Source: Nitrospirota bacterium
GTDB lineage: Bacteria; Nitrospirota; UBA9217
Reading direction: 5' to 3'
DNA: 64,000 nucleotides
NCBI GenBank assembly: GCA_963741205.1
Contig: CAVUHW010000027.1
Span: forward strand, 64,001-128,000
Position numbers and translations under genes: made by a program. A model generated the notes under the pieces. It was not told the DNA's origin and did no database searches. It saw only the letters and a program-made list of their open reading frames with translations. Shown one piece after another: positions 21,816-33,892 of the stretch (its first letter is position 1; each line of letters opens with the position of its first letter).

Positions 21816-23736
21816 ATGAGTGAAATACAACTCAGGCTGCCTGACGGTCAGGTGAAAAGTATGCCATCCGGCATCACCGGTCAGGAAGTTGCCGAGAAAA
21901 TCGGCTCTCGCCTCGCTAAAGACGCGCTTGCCATAAAAATAGACGGTCAACTTCAGGATCTCAACATCCCTGTTGAACGCAGTGCTGCGATCGAAATCGT
22001 TACCTTCGGCGCGGCCGAGGGCCGGGAAACGTACTGGCACAGTACGTCGCACCTCATGGCGCATGCGGTGAAGCAGCTTTTCCCGCAGGCCAGGCTTGCC
22101 ATCGGTCCGGCCATTGAAGAAGGGTTTTACTACGACTTCGATCTTGAGCGCCCCCTGACGCCGGAAGATCTCGTCAGGATCGAAAAGCGGATGGCGGAGC
22201 TGGCCAAGGCGGGGACGCCGATCACCAGAAAAAACATTTCCAAGGCAGATGCCTTGTCGTTCTTTAACAATAAGGGTGAGTCCTACAAGGTCGAGCTCAT
22301 CAGCGAACTGCCCGACCGAAGCGATCTCGATCTACGAACAGGGAGATTTCGCCGATCTCTGCCGCGGTCCGCATGTTTCTTCCACGTCGAAGATCAAGGC
22401 CTTCAAGCTTCTTTCCATTGCCGGCGCCTATTGGCGGGGCAGCGAGAAGAACAAGATGCTCCAGCGGATTTACGGCATCGCGTTCCCGGCAAAGGACGCG
22501 CTGGATGCCCATCTGGCGAAGCTCGAGGAGATCAAGCGGCGCGACCACAGGAAGCTCGGCAAGGACCTCGACCTTTTCTCCCTGTCCGACGAGGTGGGCG
22601 GGGGGCTGGTCCTGTGGCATCCCCGGGGCGCTCTCATCAGGAAGACGATCGAGGACTTCTGGCGCGACGAGCACCAGAAAAACGGCTACGATTTCGTGTA
22701 CTCGCCGCACGTCGGTCGCGGGACACTCTGGGAGACATCGGGCCATCTCGGTTTTTACCGGGAGAACATGTATTCGTCCATGGAAGTGGAAGGGCAGGAG
22801 TTTTATGTGAAGCCCATGAACTGCCCGTTCCACATCATGATCTACAAGAACAAGCTCCGTTCCTACCGGGAGCTGCCGCTGCGGTACGCCGAACTGGGCA
22901 CGGTATACCGGTTCGAGCGGTCCGGCGTACTGCACGGCCTGCTTCGGGTCCGCGGCTTTACCCAGGACGACGCTCATATCTTCGTGGCGCCCGAGGACAT
23001 GGAGTCGGAGGTCATCCGGGTAATCGAATTCGTCGGTACAGATGCTCAGGACCTTCGGGTTCGAGGATTTCAAGGCCTATATCGCGACCAAGCCCGAAAA
23101 GTCCGTTGGCGACGACACGCTGTGGGAACAGGCGACGCAGGCCCTCAAGGTCGCCGCAGACAAGGTCAAGTCTGGGATACGAGATGGACGAAGGCGGCGG
23201 CGCATTCTACGGTCCCAAGATCGATATCAAGATCAAGGACGCCTTGGGAAGGCTCTGGCAGTGCTCGACGGTTCAGTTCGATTTCAACGAGCCGGAGCGG
23301 TTCGACATGAGCTTTATCGGCGTCGATAACCAGGCCCACCGGCCCTACATGATCCACCGGGCGCTTCTGGGGTCGATCGAGCGGTTTTTCGGCATGCTGA
23401 TCGAGCATTACGCAGGCGCCTTCCCGGTCTGGCTCGCTCCGGTGCAGGCGAAGGTGCTGTCGATCACGGACAACCAGCTCGATTACGCGAAAGGCGTGCG
23501 GGACCAGCTTCTTGCCGCGGGGATCAGGGCGGAACTCGATTCCCGTTCTGAAAAGATCGGGTTCAAGATCCGCGAGGCCTGCGATGGAAAAGGTCCCTTA
23601 CATTCTCGTGGTCGGCGACAAGGAAGTGCAGCAGAACGCGGTGGCCGTGCGGGAGCGCGGAGGCAAGGACCTGGGTGCCATGCCGCTTGCGGAGTTCATC
23701 GATAAGACGCAAAAAGAGATCCGTGAGAAACGGTAA
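21816..23736 (+). CDS. thrS: Threonyl-tRNA synthetase (3+ apparent indels)
   Basis: [64 protein letters not shown]. Confidence 0.96.
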
Positions 23737-23810
23737 CGGCTTTTTGAATTTAAATTTCCAATTCACGAGTTTCAATTTCCCGCAAAGCGGGATCAAGGGG
23801 GTGATTGTTT

Positions 23811-24470
23811 ATCACTAAAATTACGACAAGAATCAATTTTCTGATCAAGGTGAAGGAAGTCCGGGTCATCGACGCAGACGGAGGCCAGCTCGGGATCCTC
23901 GATACCCGTGAGGCAATCAGAAAAGCCGAAGAGGCGGGACTCGACCTGGTCGAGGTGGCGCCCACGGCTAAGCCGCCGGTCTGCCGCATCATGGATTTCG
24001 GGAAATACAAGTACGAGCTTGCGAAAAAGGCCGCCGAATCCAGGAAACATCAGACCGTCATCGTTGTCAAGGAGATCAAACTCCGGCCGAGGACGGACGA
24101 GCACGATGTGAACTTCAAGGTGAACAACATCAAGCGGTTCCTCGAAGAAGGCAACAAGGTCAAGGTGACGATCATGTTCCGGGGACGCGAGATGGCCCAT
24201 ACCGAGCATGGCAGGGCATTGCTTGAACGGATCGTCACGGAACTGCAGAATGAGGCCGTCGTTGAGCAGACGCCGCGCATGGAAGGCCGGAACATGACGC
24301 TGTTGCTCGGCTCCAAGGCCAAGACGCGTAGGATCTGCCGGATTCCGGCAACGTTTATCCACGACGATGATGCGGAGGCAGATCGTCTCCGCTTTCAATA
24401 TACGCTGGAGCTGAAAACTAACGATTTTGGAAGGGGAATGAGATATGGCAAAGACAAAGGTGAAAATTAA
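23811..24470 (+). CDS. infC: Translation initiation factor IF-3; probable ATC start; 3' end uncertain
   Basis: EVRVID, LDLVEVAP..PPVCRIMDFGKYKYE, KVTIMFRGRE; SD GGGGGTGA 6 nt before in-frame ATC. Confidence 0.92.
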   Translation: MTKITTRINFLIKVKEVRVIDADGGQLGILDTREAIRKAEEAGLDLVEVAPTAKPPVCRIMDFGKYKYELAKKAAESRKHQTVIVVKEIKLRPRTDEHDVNFKVNNIKRFLEEGNKVKVTIMFRGREMAHTEHGRALLERIVTELQNEAVVEQTPRMEGRNMTLLLGSKAKTRRICRIPATFIHDDDAEADRLRFQYTLELKTNDFGRGMRYGKDKGEN

Positions 24471-24666
24471 ACTGAAGACCAACCGAAGCGCCGCCAAGCG
24501 GATCAAAGTGACGGGCTCCGGCAAGATCATGAGACGCAAGGGCTGGAAGGGCCATCTGCTCTCGGGCAAGAACGCCACGCGCAAGAGGCGGCTGACCGGC
24601 GATTTTGAAATCGATAAGAGCGAACGGGAAAATTTCCAGCAGATGCTGCCGTACGGAGTGAAGTAA
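24445..24666 (+). CDS. rpmI: 50S ribosomal protein L35
   Basis: KLKTNRSAAKRIKVTGSGK..HLL..RKRRL; position after infC. Confidence 0.93.
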   Translation: MAKTKVKIKLKTNRSAAKRIKVTGSGKIMRRKGWKGHLLSGKNATRKRRLTGDFEIDKSERENFQQMLPYGVK

Positions 24667-24667
24667 T

Positions 24668-24757
24668 ATAGTTCAAGGTTCAAAGTTCAGAGTGATAAGG
24701 ACTTGCTGACTATGAACTGAGAACTATGAACTATGATATTGTGAACTATGAACTGAG
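24668..24757. repeat. Inverted heptamer arrays (AGTTCAA/GGTTCAA vs GAACTAT/GAACTGA)
   Basis: Seen directly between rpmI and rplT. Confidence 0.75.
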
Positions 24758-24771
24758 GAGGTTTCAAAACA

Positions 24772-25126
24772 ATGCCGAGAGCTAAAGGCGGCCCCAAAAC
24801 GAGGGCCAGAAGAAAACGGGTGCTCAATCTTGCCGAGGGATACTGGGGAGCAAAATCGAAACTGTACCGCTCCGCTACCGAAGCGGTTGACCATGCACTT
24901 CAAGTACGCATACCGTGACCGGAAGGCCCGCAAGCGGGATTTCCGCAGACTCTGGATCGCGCGCATCAACGCGGCAGCGCGCCTGAACGGTGTGACCTAC
25001 AGCAGGTTCATGGCCGGGCTTACCAAGACCGGCGTGGCCATCGACCGCAAGATCCTCGCCGATCTCGCGGTGACCGATCCGGCCAGTTTCACCAAGCTGG
25101 TTGAGACGGCGAAGACCGCGTCGTAG
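24772..25126 (+). CDS. rplT: 50S ribosomal protein L20 (one apparent indel ~24895)
   Basis: [18 protein letters not shown]; [26 protein letters not shown]; [10 protein letters not shown]. Confidence 0.95.
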
Positions 25127-25310
25127 AAGCTCGTTGAACCACGGGTCCCGACATGCTCGGGACACACGGATTAACACGGGTCAAAACGATAAGAACATCT
25201 CGATCATTATTTTATTCTCTGTTCTGCCGTGTGTCCGCCTCCGTCCCGCATCCTATCTGATTGGATACGGAGCGGGGAAGCGGACTGTGGTTATAATTAA
25301 GATCTTTCTC

Positions 25311-25337
25311 GGCCCCGGACAACCGGGGCCTTTTTTT
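25311..25337 (+). terminator. Rho-independent terminator
   Basis: GGCCCCGG-ACAA-CCGGGGCC followed by T7. Confidence 0.85.
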
Positions 25338-25381
25338 GTTGACAATACGCTGCAATTCGGTTAAAAAACATCAGGAAAATT

Positions 25382-27203
25382 ATGCGAATACGCGGCCGTT
25401 CCTGTATCGCGGCCTTCATGGCTTGCGCCATCCTGCTGTTTGTTTCCACAGCCGCACACCCGTCCTACGACACCGAAGCCGGGCGCAAGTATACTATCGC
25501 CTCCCAGCGCCTCGCGGACCTCAAAAAATCCAGCAAAAAAAAGAAATATCGCTCCTACTGGATCGACTGCATCCGGACCTTCGAACTCGTGGAAAAAAAA
25601 TACCCCAAGAGCCCGAGCGCAGCGGACGCGTCTTTCGACCGTGCAGCGGTCTATCAGGAACTCTACCAATACAATAAAGCAGTCAAAGGACATCGACGAA
25701 GCCCTCCGGGGCTACGGTAGATTCCAAACTTCCTATCCCAGACACCCGAGGGCGCCCGAGGCGCTGTACCGCATCGTCTGAAATATCTCTCGAGGTCAAA
25801 GAAAGACAACGCTGCCGCAGCCGAGGCATACGCAAAGCTTGCCGCGGCGTACCCCGAAAGCGCCTGGACGGAAAAGGCAAAGGCCCTTGTCAGCCCGTCG
25901 CACCGCGCAAGAAGCGAAAGCAGGAGCCGGAGATCAAGAAGATGCCGGTGCCGGTGATCGCGGCCGCCGGAAAAGCGGCACCAGACGGCGTGGTGAACAA
26001 GATCCGGTCACTGGTCCGAAGGGGCTTATTCCCGCATCGTGATCGATCAGAGCGCGTGCGGTAAGGTTCCAGGTCCAGGAGCTCAAGAACCCGGACCGGC
26101 TGGTCTTCGATCTTTACCATGCCCGCGTCGGCGCCTCCCTGGGCAAGGACCCGCTGCAGATCAACGACGGCATCCTGAAGCAGGTCCGCGCGAGCCAGTA
26201 TGCGCCGGGCGTCGTCCGGGTGGTGCTTGACCTCGCGAGCATCAAGAGTTATGCCGCGTTCCCGCTCCACGACCCCGAGCGTCTCGTCATCGATGTAACC
26301 GGGGAAGGCGGCAAGAACGATGAGGCCCGGTCGCCTGCATCCGACAACCGGTACGGATCAGCAGGCGGAAAGCATGGCAGACCGATACGACCGCGGCAAA
26401 GGTCGAACCGCAGCGGCAGGTCATCCCGATCCCGCTGATGCCGGAGGTGAAGGATAATGACGGCGCGAAATTGTCGCTTTCCAGCCAGCTGGGGCTCAAG
26501 ATACAGACCATCGCGATCGACGCCGGCCATGGCGGTCATGACCCGGGTGCAATCGGCAGGAGCGGATTGAAGGAAAAAACCATTACCCTCGACATCGCGA
26601 AGCGGCTTGCCGCTCTCGTCAAGGACCGTCTTGGGTGCAAGGTGGTCATGACCAGGGACACGGACGTGTTCATCCCCCTCGACCAGCGGCCGTTCATCGC
26701 GAAATCTCACGATGCCGACTTGTTCGTCTCCATTCACGTCAACGCAAACCGGAAGAACAGGTCGCGGGGGCATCGAAACCTATATCCAGAGCCTGCGGGC
26801 TTCAGACCGGGAAGCCATGGCGACCGCTGCCCGTGAAAACGCGATGTCCACGAAAAAACTGAGCGAATTGAAAACCGAGGTTGAAAAAATTCTTGAGGCG
26901 CTTGACCGGGACAATAAACTGGAAGATTCACTGCAGCTTGCGCATGCCGTGCAGGGATCGCTCGTCGATACGATGAGACCGGCCCAGCCGCGTATCGTCA
27001 ATCTGGGGGTAAAGCGGGCGTTTTTTTATGTCCTGATGAATACGAAGATGCCGAGCATCCTGGCGGAAGTCGGCTTCATCAGCAATCCGGAAGAGGAAAA
27101 ACTGCTGCGTAAGGAAGCGTACCGGCAAAAAATCGCCGAGGCCCTGTATCAAGGGGTCAAGCGATTTATCGATGCGCGATCGCCGCAAATGGCGGGAATA
27201 TGA
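25382..27203 (+). CDS. N-acetylmuramoyl-L-alanine amidase (TPR-like + AMIN + Amidase_3; AmiC-like), multiple indels
   Basis: RVVLDL/PERLVIDV AMIN motifs; IAIDAGHGGHDPGAIG, DLFVSIHVNA, MPSILAEVGFISNPEEE. Confidence 0.88.
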
Positions 27204-27207
27204 ATCG

Positions 27208-27290
27208 AGAAGCGCATAGAGCATGGAGCAAAGCGCATAGCGTAAAGTGCAAGGGATTTAAACGCCATGCGCCATGCGCTCTGCGCCTTA
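27208..27290. repeat. Inverted heptamer arrays (AGCGCAT / ATGCGCC-type) between convergent genes
   Basis: AAGCGCATAGAGCATGGAGCAAAGCGCATAGCG ... CGCCATGCGCCATGCGCTCTGCGC. Confidence 0.7.
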
Positions 27291-28426
27291 GTTTGCCCCT
27301 GACTCCTGGCCCTTAACTATCGTCCCGGTTCCCGCTATCAAATATGCCTCGATGAACTGGTCGAGGTCGCCGTCCATCACCGAGGTAACATTGCCCGACC
27401 TCGATACCCGTACGGTGGTCCTTTACCAGCTGGTAGGGCTGGAACACGTACGACCTGATCTGGCTCCCCCAGGCAATGTCCTTCTTCTCGCTCATGAGCT
27501 TTCCCGAGCTTCTCGTCATGTTCTTTCTTCCTGAGTTCGTACAAGCGTGACCGCAGCACCTTCATGGCGACGTTCTTGTTCTTGAGCTGGGAGCGCTCGT
27601 TCTGGCACTGGACGACGATGTTCGTGGGCAAGTGGGTGATGCGCACGGCCGAGTCGGTCTTGTTCACGTGCTGGCCCGCCGGCGCTTGACGAGCGGTAGG
27701 TGTCGATGCGGAGGTCCTTCTCATCGATCTCGATATCGATATTGTCCTCGACCTCGGGATATACATAGACGGAGGCAAAGGACGTGTGCCTGCGCTTGTT
27801 CGCGTCAAACGGGGAGATCCGCACGAGCCGGTGCACGCCGGCCTCGGCCTTCATCCTGCCGTAGGCGTAATCGCCGGAAACGGTAAAGGTGACGGACTTT
27901 GACGCCCGCTTCTTCGCCGGCCTGATAGTCGAGGATTTCGGTCTTGTAACCGCGTTTTTCCGCCCAGCGCAGATACATGCGCATCAGCATCTCGGCCCAG
28001 TCCTGGGCCTCGGTGCCGCCCGCCCCGGGATGGATCGAAACGATGGCGTTCGAGTCGTCCTGCTCTCCGGAGAGGAGCGCCGCGACTTCGGCGGACGCGA
28101 TGTCCTTCCCGATGACCTCGATCTCCCGCTCGAGCTCCCCGCGCATGGATTCGCCGCCTTCTTCGGATGCGAGCTCGGCCATGGCTTCGAGGTCGCTCAG
28201 CCGCTTGGCAAGCGAGTTCCAGTCCCTGAGCGCGCGCTCGAGAGAGGCCTTTTCCTTTAAGACCGTATTTGCCTTGTCCTTGTTGTCCCAGAAACCGGTG
28301 GTTTCCGTGAGGCGGGTGAGTTCTTCCAGGCGGGATTCCTTGGCAGGGGTGTCAAAGATGCCTCCGCAGGGTTTCGAGCCTGCCTTTGACATTGTCGAGC
28401 TGCTGTTTGAGGTCTTCTAGAAGCAT
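27288..28426 (-). CDS. prfB: Peptide chain release factor 2 with programmed +1 frameshift (plus several assembly indels)
   Basis: [49 protein letters not shown]. Confidence 0.95.
28351..28366 (-). promoter_or_regulatory. prfB programmed frameshift site
   Basis: Minus strand GGAGG-CAT-CTT TGA C after 24 codons. Confidence 0.92.
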
Positions 28427-28924
28427 TCCGCTCTCCTGTACGCTGATGAAATTGGGCGGATTATACCATAGAGAAAAGAAACAATCAAAGGCAAAACATA
28501 AGAACCGAAGAAGAAAGCTGTCTTGACAGGCAGCGTGCACGCGTGATGGTCTTTGATACCGGAGTGATCCCCATCGATGAGGATAAGGTTGAACAATTCA
28601 GCAGGCTCACCAACCTGCCCGTTGAACGACGGCGGATCAGCCTGGACCATCTCCTCGAGATCGTAACCTGCTCTGACCTCTGACCAGGTTGGTTGCTAAA
28701 CGGGAAAAGCGACGTTATCCGCCCTGTGATCGAGAGGACCCGAATAGCAGCCAGCCCCGATGATCAACGGGCAAGGCTGGTGCTGGAAAGAAAGTAGTTC
28801 CCGAGACGAAGAAGATCTCAGAGGAGGCAGATACGGGGCCTGCCAAGTGTAAAATACATCTTTAAAAGTAAATTGACTTTGCGCGATACCGGTGGTATAC
28901 ATGTAACACTTATACATAATAGAG

Positions 28925-29097
28925 AGACATTCAAGCCAAGGGAATCCCGTGAAAATCGGGAGCGGACCCGCCGCTGTAATCCTGACCCCGTCCAAAGGGG
29001 GCAAATCCTTTACTACTCAATGCGCCACTGACCGCAACCGGTCGGGAAGGCCGGTAAAGGGGGGAGAGCCAGAAGACCTGCTTGGATACTGTTCGCA
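28925..29097 (+). ncRNA. Cobalamin riboswitch 1
   Basis: AGGGAATCCCGTGAAAATCGGGAGCGGACCCGCCGCTGT, GCCACTG..GGGAAGGC, B12 box GAGCCAGAAGACCTGC. Confidence 0.92.
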
Positions 29098-29142
29098 CAT
29101 TCTTCGGCGTTAAGATCATGTGTGGATTAATGCATTCTTTTA

Positions 29143-29179
29143 ATCCCCAGTCTTGAGTAGAAGACCGGGGATTTTTTTG
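29143..29179 (+). terminator. Terminator after riboswitch 1
   Basis: ATCCCCAGTCTT..AAGACCGGGGAT + T-run. Confidence 0.75.
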
Positions 29180-29257
29180 TTATCGGCAGGATACCGTAAG
29201 CACGGCGGGATGAGCACGGCAATCACGGCACCGTACGAGCTGAACGTCGATGTTTTG

Positions 29258-29401
29258 AGAATGAGAGAACGGAAAGGGGTGCGATTCCCCTGCTGTCGCG
29301 CAACTGTGATGGAAACGAAAGCCGACAACGCCACTGTCCCGCTTTCAACGGGATGGGAAGGCCGGCGAGTAGGATGTCCTGAGCCAGGAGACGTCTCATT
29401 C
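29258..29401 (+). ncRNA. Cobalamin riboswitch 2
   Basis: GGAAAGGGGTGCGATTCCCCTGCTGTCGCGCAACTGT, GCCACTG..GGGAAGGC, GAGCCAGGAGAC; closing stem GAATGAGA/TCTCATTC. Confidence 0.88.
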
Positions 29402-29622
29402 AATTTTCCCGCGGAAGGAGCAAAAAGCATGGTCAAAAAAAATATCCTTGTGCGTCATAAACGACGGAAAGATGCCGTCAGTCATGGGACAGGCAGCCGT
29501 GACTTTCTCGTTTTTTCAGAGGACGAGGCGGCGCATAGAAAGAACAGTAACCTGCCCCGGCTGCCCGGATCGGCCATATAAGCCGGAACGCTGAACTGGG
29601 CATTATTCAAGGAGATTCCACA

Positions 29623-30668
29623 ATGAACAATATACGAAATACAATATAAGCGGTGAATGGAACGCTCGCCGCAGAGGCCCAGAAAAGGCTCGATAACCTA
29701 ACGAAGCCGCAGGGGAGCCTCGGCAGGCTCGAAGAGTTTGCCCGCAGGGTCGTGGCGATCACCGGCGACAAAATGCCGCGTGCTCGACAAGAAAGTCGTC
29801 TTCACCTTCGCCGGAGATCATGGGATCGCCAATGAAGGCGTATCAGCCTATCCCAAGGAAGTAACGCCCCAGATGGTGCTTAACTTCCTGCGCGGCGGCG
29901 CGGGCATCAATGTGCTCGCCCGGCACGTGGGCGCTGACGTTGTTATCGTCGATATCGGGGTCGACTACGACTTCGGCGATGTGCCCGGTCTCGTCTCCCG
30001 TAAAGTGGTGCGCGGCACCGCGAACATGCATAAGGGGCCAGCCATGACGAGGCAGCAGGCGGAGCAGTGCATCCAGGTCGGGATCGACCTTGCCCGGGAG
30101 TACGCAAAGAAAGACTACCGATCTTCGGCACGGGCGACATGGGAATCGGCAACACAACGCCTTCGAGCGCTATCGCATCGGTGATGACAGGGACGCCCGT
30201 TTCGGCGTGACCGGAAGGGGCACGGGGATCACCGAGGAAGCCCTCAAGAGCAAGATCGCGATCATCGAGGAATGCATAAAGAAGAATCGACCCGATGCGA
30301 AGGATCCCATCGACGTGCTCGCGAAGGTCGGCGGTGCGGAGATCGGCGGTATCGCCGGACTGATCCTCGGTGCGGCCTCGGAACGCATCCCCGTGATCGT
30401 AGACGGGTTCATATCAACGGCCGGAGCGATGATCGCCTTCGGGATCGAGCCGAAAACCGCGGACTATATGTTTGCCGGACACTCCTCGGTCGAGATCGGC
30501 CAGCAGTGCATGCTAGACAAGATGGGCCTCTCGCCAATCCTCGATTTTAACCTCAGGCTCGGAGAAGGCACCGGCGCTGCGCTCGCAATGCTGATGATCG
30601 AGGCAGGGACAAAGATCTACCGGGAAATGGCGACCTTCGGCGAAGCGGGCGTGTCGGAGAAGTCGTAG
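29623..30668 (+). CDS. cobT: Nicotinate-nucleotide:dimethylbenzimidazole phosphoribosyltransferase (indels)
   Basis: [49 protein letters not shown]. Confidence 0.93.
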
Positions 30669-30889
30669 TTTGTAAACAGATCGGATACGCCCTGCACTCG
30701 CGCATGCTCACTCCTAAGCGCTGTATGCAGGCGAAAGTCGCAAAATGTTAAACCGCGCAGTTTAAAAAAGGGAAACAGTCGTTTTGTTTTTCTTCGCGTT
30801 CTTCGCTTCTTCGCGGCAACTATTCTTTACCTGTTTCGAAATATAAGGTGTCGATGCCGGGGGATACTGGGAATTACCGATGGTGACGA

Positions 30890-32470
30890 ATGGCTAAAGC
30901 GTTAATGATACAGGGGACTGGGTCCGGCGCGGGTAAGAGCCTGATAACGGCCGCGCTGTGCAGGATCTTTTCGGACAAGGGATTGCACGTCGCTCCCTTC
31001 AAGGCACAGAACATGGCCCTGAATTCCTTCATCACGCGTGAGGGCGGAGAGATCGGAAGGGCACAGGCGCTCCAGGCCGATGCGGCGCGGATAAATCCCG
31101 ACCGTGGACATGAACCCCGTCCTGCTCAAGGCCTCTGGAGAAATGGGCTCACAGGTCATCCTTTGCGGCAGGGCCCATGCCCACATGAATGCCCGTGAAT
31201 ATTACGCGTTCAAGAAAGAGGCCTGGAATGTCGTCACGTCATCGTACGACCGGCTCTCCCGGAACTACGACCTCATCATCATGGAAGGGGCGGGAAGCCC
31301 CGCGGAAATAAATCTGAAGGACGTGGATATCGTCAACATGTCAGCGGCGAAATACGCAAAGGCCCCTGTTCTCCTGATCGGGGACATCGATAAGGGGGGC
31401 GTCTTTGCGTCCCTCTATGGAACAGTCAAGCTCCTCGGCAGGGACAGCGGGCGCATCAAGGCGTTCATCATCAATAAATTCCGGGGCGATCCTGAGATAC
31501 TCAGGCCCGGGCTCTCCATGATTAAAGAAAAGACAGGCAAGCCGGTGATTGGAGTACTGCCTTACATCCAGGGAATAGGACTGCCCGAAGAGGACGGGCT
31601 TGGGCTTGATCAGCAGTTAGAAGTCAGAAGGCAGAAGTCAGAAGATGAAAATATAAAAATCGTTGTCGTAAGGCTCAAGTATATTTCCAACTTCACCGAT
31701 TTCGATCCCCTGTCATGCGAACCCGGCGTCGAGGTCGTCTATTCCCGGAACCATGCGGTCATCGAGCATGCGGATATGGTCATCGTTCCCGGCACGAAAA
31801 ACACGGTCAAGGACCTCCTCCTTTTAAAGGAGCAGGGACTGGATGAAAGCATCAAGCGGGCAAACGCAAAAAAAATACCGATCATGGGCATGTGCGGCGG
31901 CTACCAGATGCTCGGCAGAAAGATCTTCGATCCTCACGGCGTCGAAAGTCCGCACCGGGAAATCGACGGTATCGGCCTCCTGAATATCGAAACAGTATTT
32001 CAAAAAGAAAAAACGACCTGCCAGGCGGAGATCGTCGGTAGTGCGGCGTTCACCCTGCACTCGCGCGAGCACTCGTCAGCGCTGGGTGCAGGCGGAGTGC
32101 CGAGTGGAGAGTGGAATGGCAGTGAAGCACTATGGGCTACGAGATCCACATGGGCACGAGCACTGGCGACATCGGATTATTCAAGGTAAGAAGGCTGTCT
32201 TCAGACTCCGCACTCCCAACTCCTAACTTCGAGCTGATTTTGGACGGTTCGATGAACGGCAACTGCTGGGGGACCTATCTGCATGGCATATTTGAAAACG
32301 ATTCGTTCCGCAACGTTATTATCAATTCCGTCAGGGAACGAAAGGGTTTGCCCCCCGTGCAATCATTTGTGAGTTATTCAGGCTTAAAGGACCGGGCGCT
32401 TGACAGACTCGCGGAAACAGTCAGGGAAAACCTTGATATGAGATTTATCGAAGGAATGATCGGGCTATGA
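30890..32470 (+). CDS. cbiP: Cobyric acid synthase (indels)
   Basis: [63 protein letters not shown]. Confidence 0.94.
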
Positions 32471-33892
32471 ACCAGGCGAGGGGGCGGGGCATAATCATCG
32501 CCGGGACCCACAGCGGCTGCGGCAAGACGACGGTGACGCTCGGCATCCTTGCGGCCTTCGAGGAAAAAGGGCCTCGCGGTGCAGCCCTTCAAGGCCGGCC
32601 CCGATTTCATCGACTCGGGCCTTCACCGGCTTGTATCGGACAGACCGTCGCGAAACCTCGATCAATGGATGTGCGGGCCGGAGTATGTGCTCGAGTGTTT
32701 CAGGAGGCATGCGGCGGGCGCCGACATCGCGGTGGTCGAGGGCGTGATGGGCATGTATGACGGCGATTCGAGCACGGCAAGCCTGGCCAGCCTTCTGCAT
32801 GTGCCGGTCATTCTCGTGGTCGACGCGTACGGCATGGCCGAGAGCGCGGGGGCGGTGGTCGAAGGATTTGTCAATTTCGGATTGCGGATTCCGGAATGCG
32901 GAATGGAGACGGTAAAATCCGAAATTCGCAGATTCGAAATCCGCACTGAAATTCGCCGGTGTGATCTTCAACCGGGTCGCTTCGGAGAACCATTACAAGA
33001 GGCTCAGCGACAGCGTCCGTGACGTGCCGGTCCTGGGTTATCTCCCGAGGGAACTGAACTTCGAGATCCCGCACCGCCATCTCGGCCTCAGCATTGCGGA
33101 AGAAAACCCGATCTGCCGGGGAGAATATCGACAGGCTTGCCGATGCGGTCATCCGTCACGTCGATATCGATGCGATCATTCGAGTCAGGCAGACATCCCG
33201 GACGCGGAACATCACGCACCACCCACAGTCAAGGGGCCGGACAAGGAGGGATCCGGGAGCATTCAGGCTCGCCGTTGCCTATGACAAGGCGTTCAGTTTT
33301 TATTATGAGGACAACCTGGATCTGATGCGCGATGCAGGTGCGGAGATCATCCGGTTCAGTCCGCTCGTTGACCGGGCCATCCCGGACCGGGCCGATGCCG
33401 TCTATATCGGAGGCGGGTATCCCGAGCTCCATGCCGAAGCGCTGTCCCGCAACAGGTCCATGCTCGCGTCGGTCCATGCATGGGCCAATGCCGGAAAACC
33501 GCTGTATGCCGAATGCGGCGGGATGATGTACCTTTCGAAGGGCATCCGTGATTTCGACAACAGGTTCTTCGCCATGGCCGGCGTGTTCCCCTTCGAAACG
33601 AGAATGACGAAGAAACCGCGCCTCGGCTACCGCGAGATCCTGCTGAACGAGGACTGCATCATCGGCGCCCGGGGCGAGAGATGCCGGGGGCACGAGTTCC
33701 ACTATTCGGAGATCCGGGAAGGCGCGCCGGGGCAGGTCTATTCGCTGTGCGACAGCCGCGGCAAGGTTCTCCCGGCCGAGGGGTTCCGGTACAAGAACAC
33801 CCTCGCCAGCTACGTCCATGTCCATTTCGGCAGCAACCGGCGTATCGTCGGAACATTTTGCAGGTTTTGGCAAGGGAGAAAGAATCGCATGA
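32467..33892 (+). CDS. cbiA: Cobyrinate a,c-diamide synthase (indels)
   Basis: [51 protein letters not shown]. Confidence 0.92.

Noticed and set aside
24668-24757. Heptamer arrays as CRISPR repeats
   Set aside because: No 25-40 bp repeats with unique spacers and no cas genes in the window
28351-28366. prfB frameshift as a novelty
   Set aside because: Well-known RF2 autoregulatory site (SD + CTT TGA C)
28546-28683. 45-codon ORF (MVFDTGVIPIDEDK...) between prfB and the riboswitches
   Set aside because: No RBS or recognisable motif; cannot be supported
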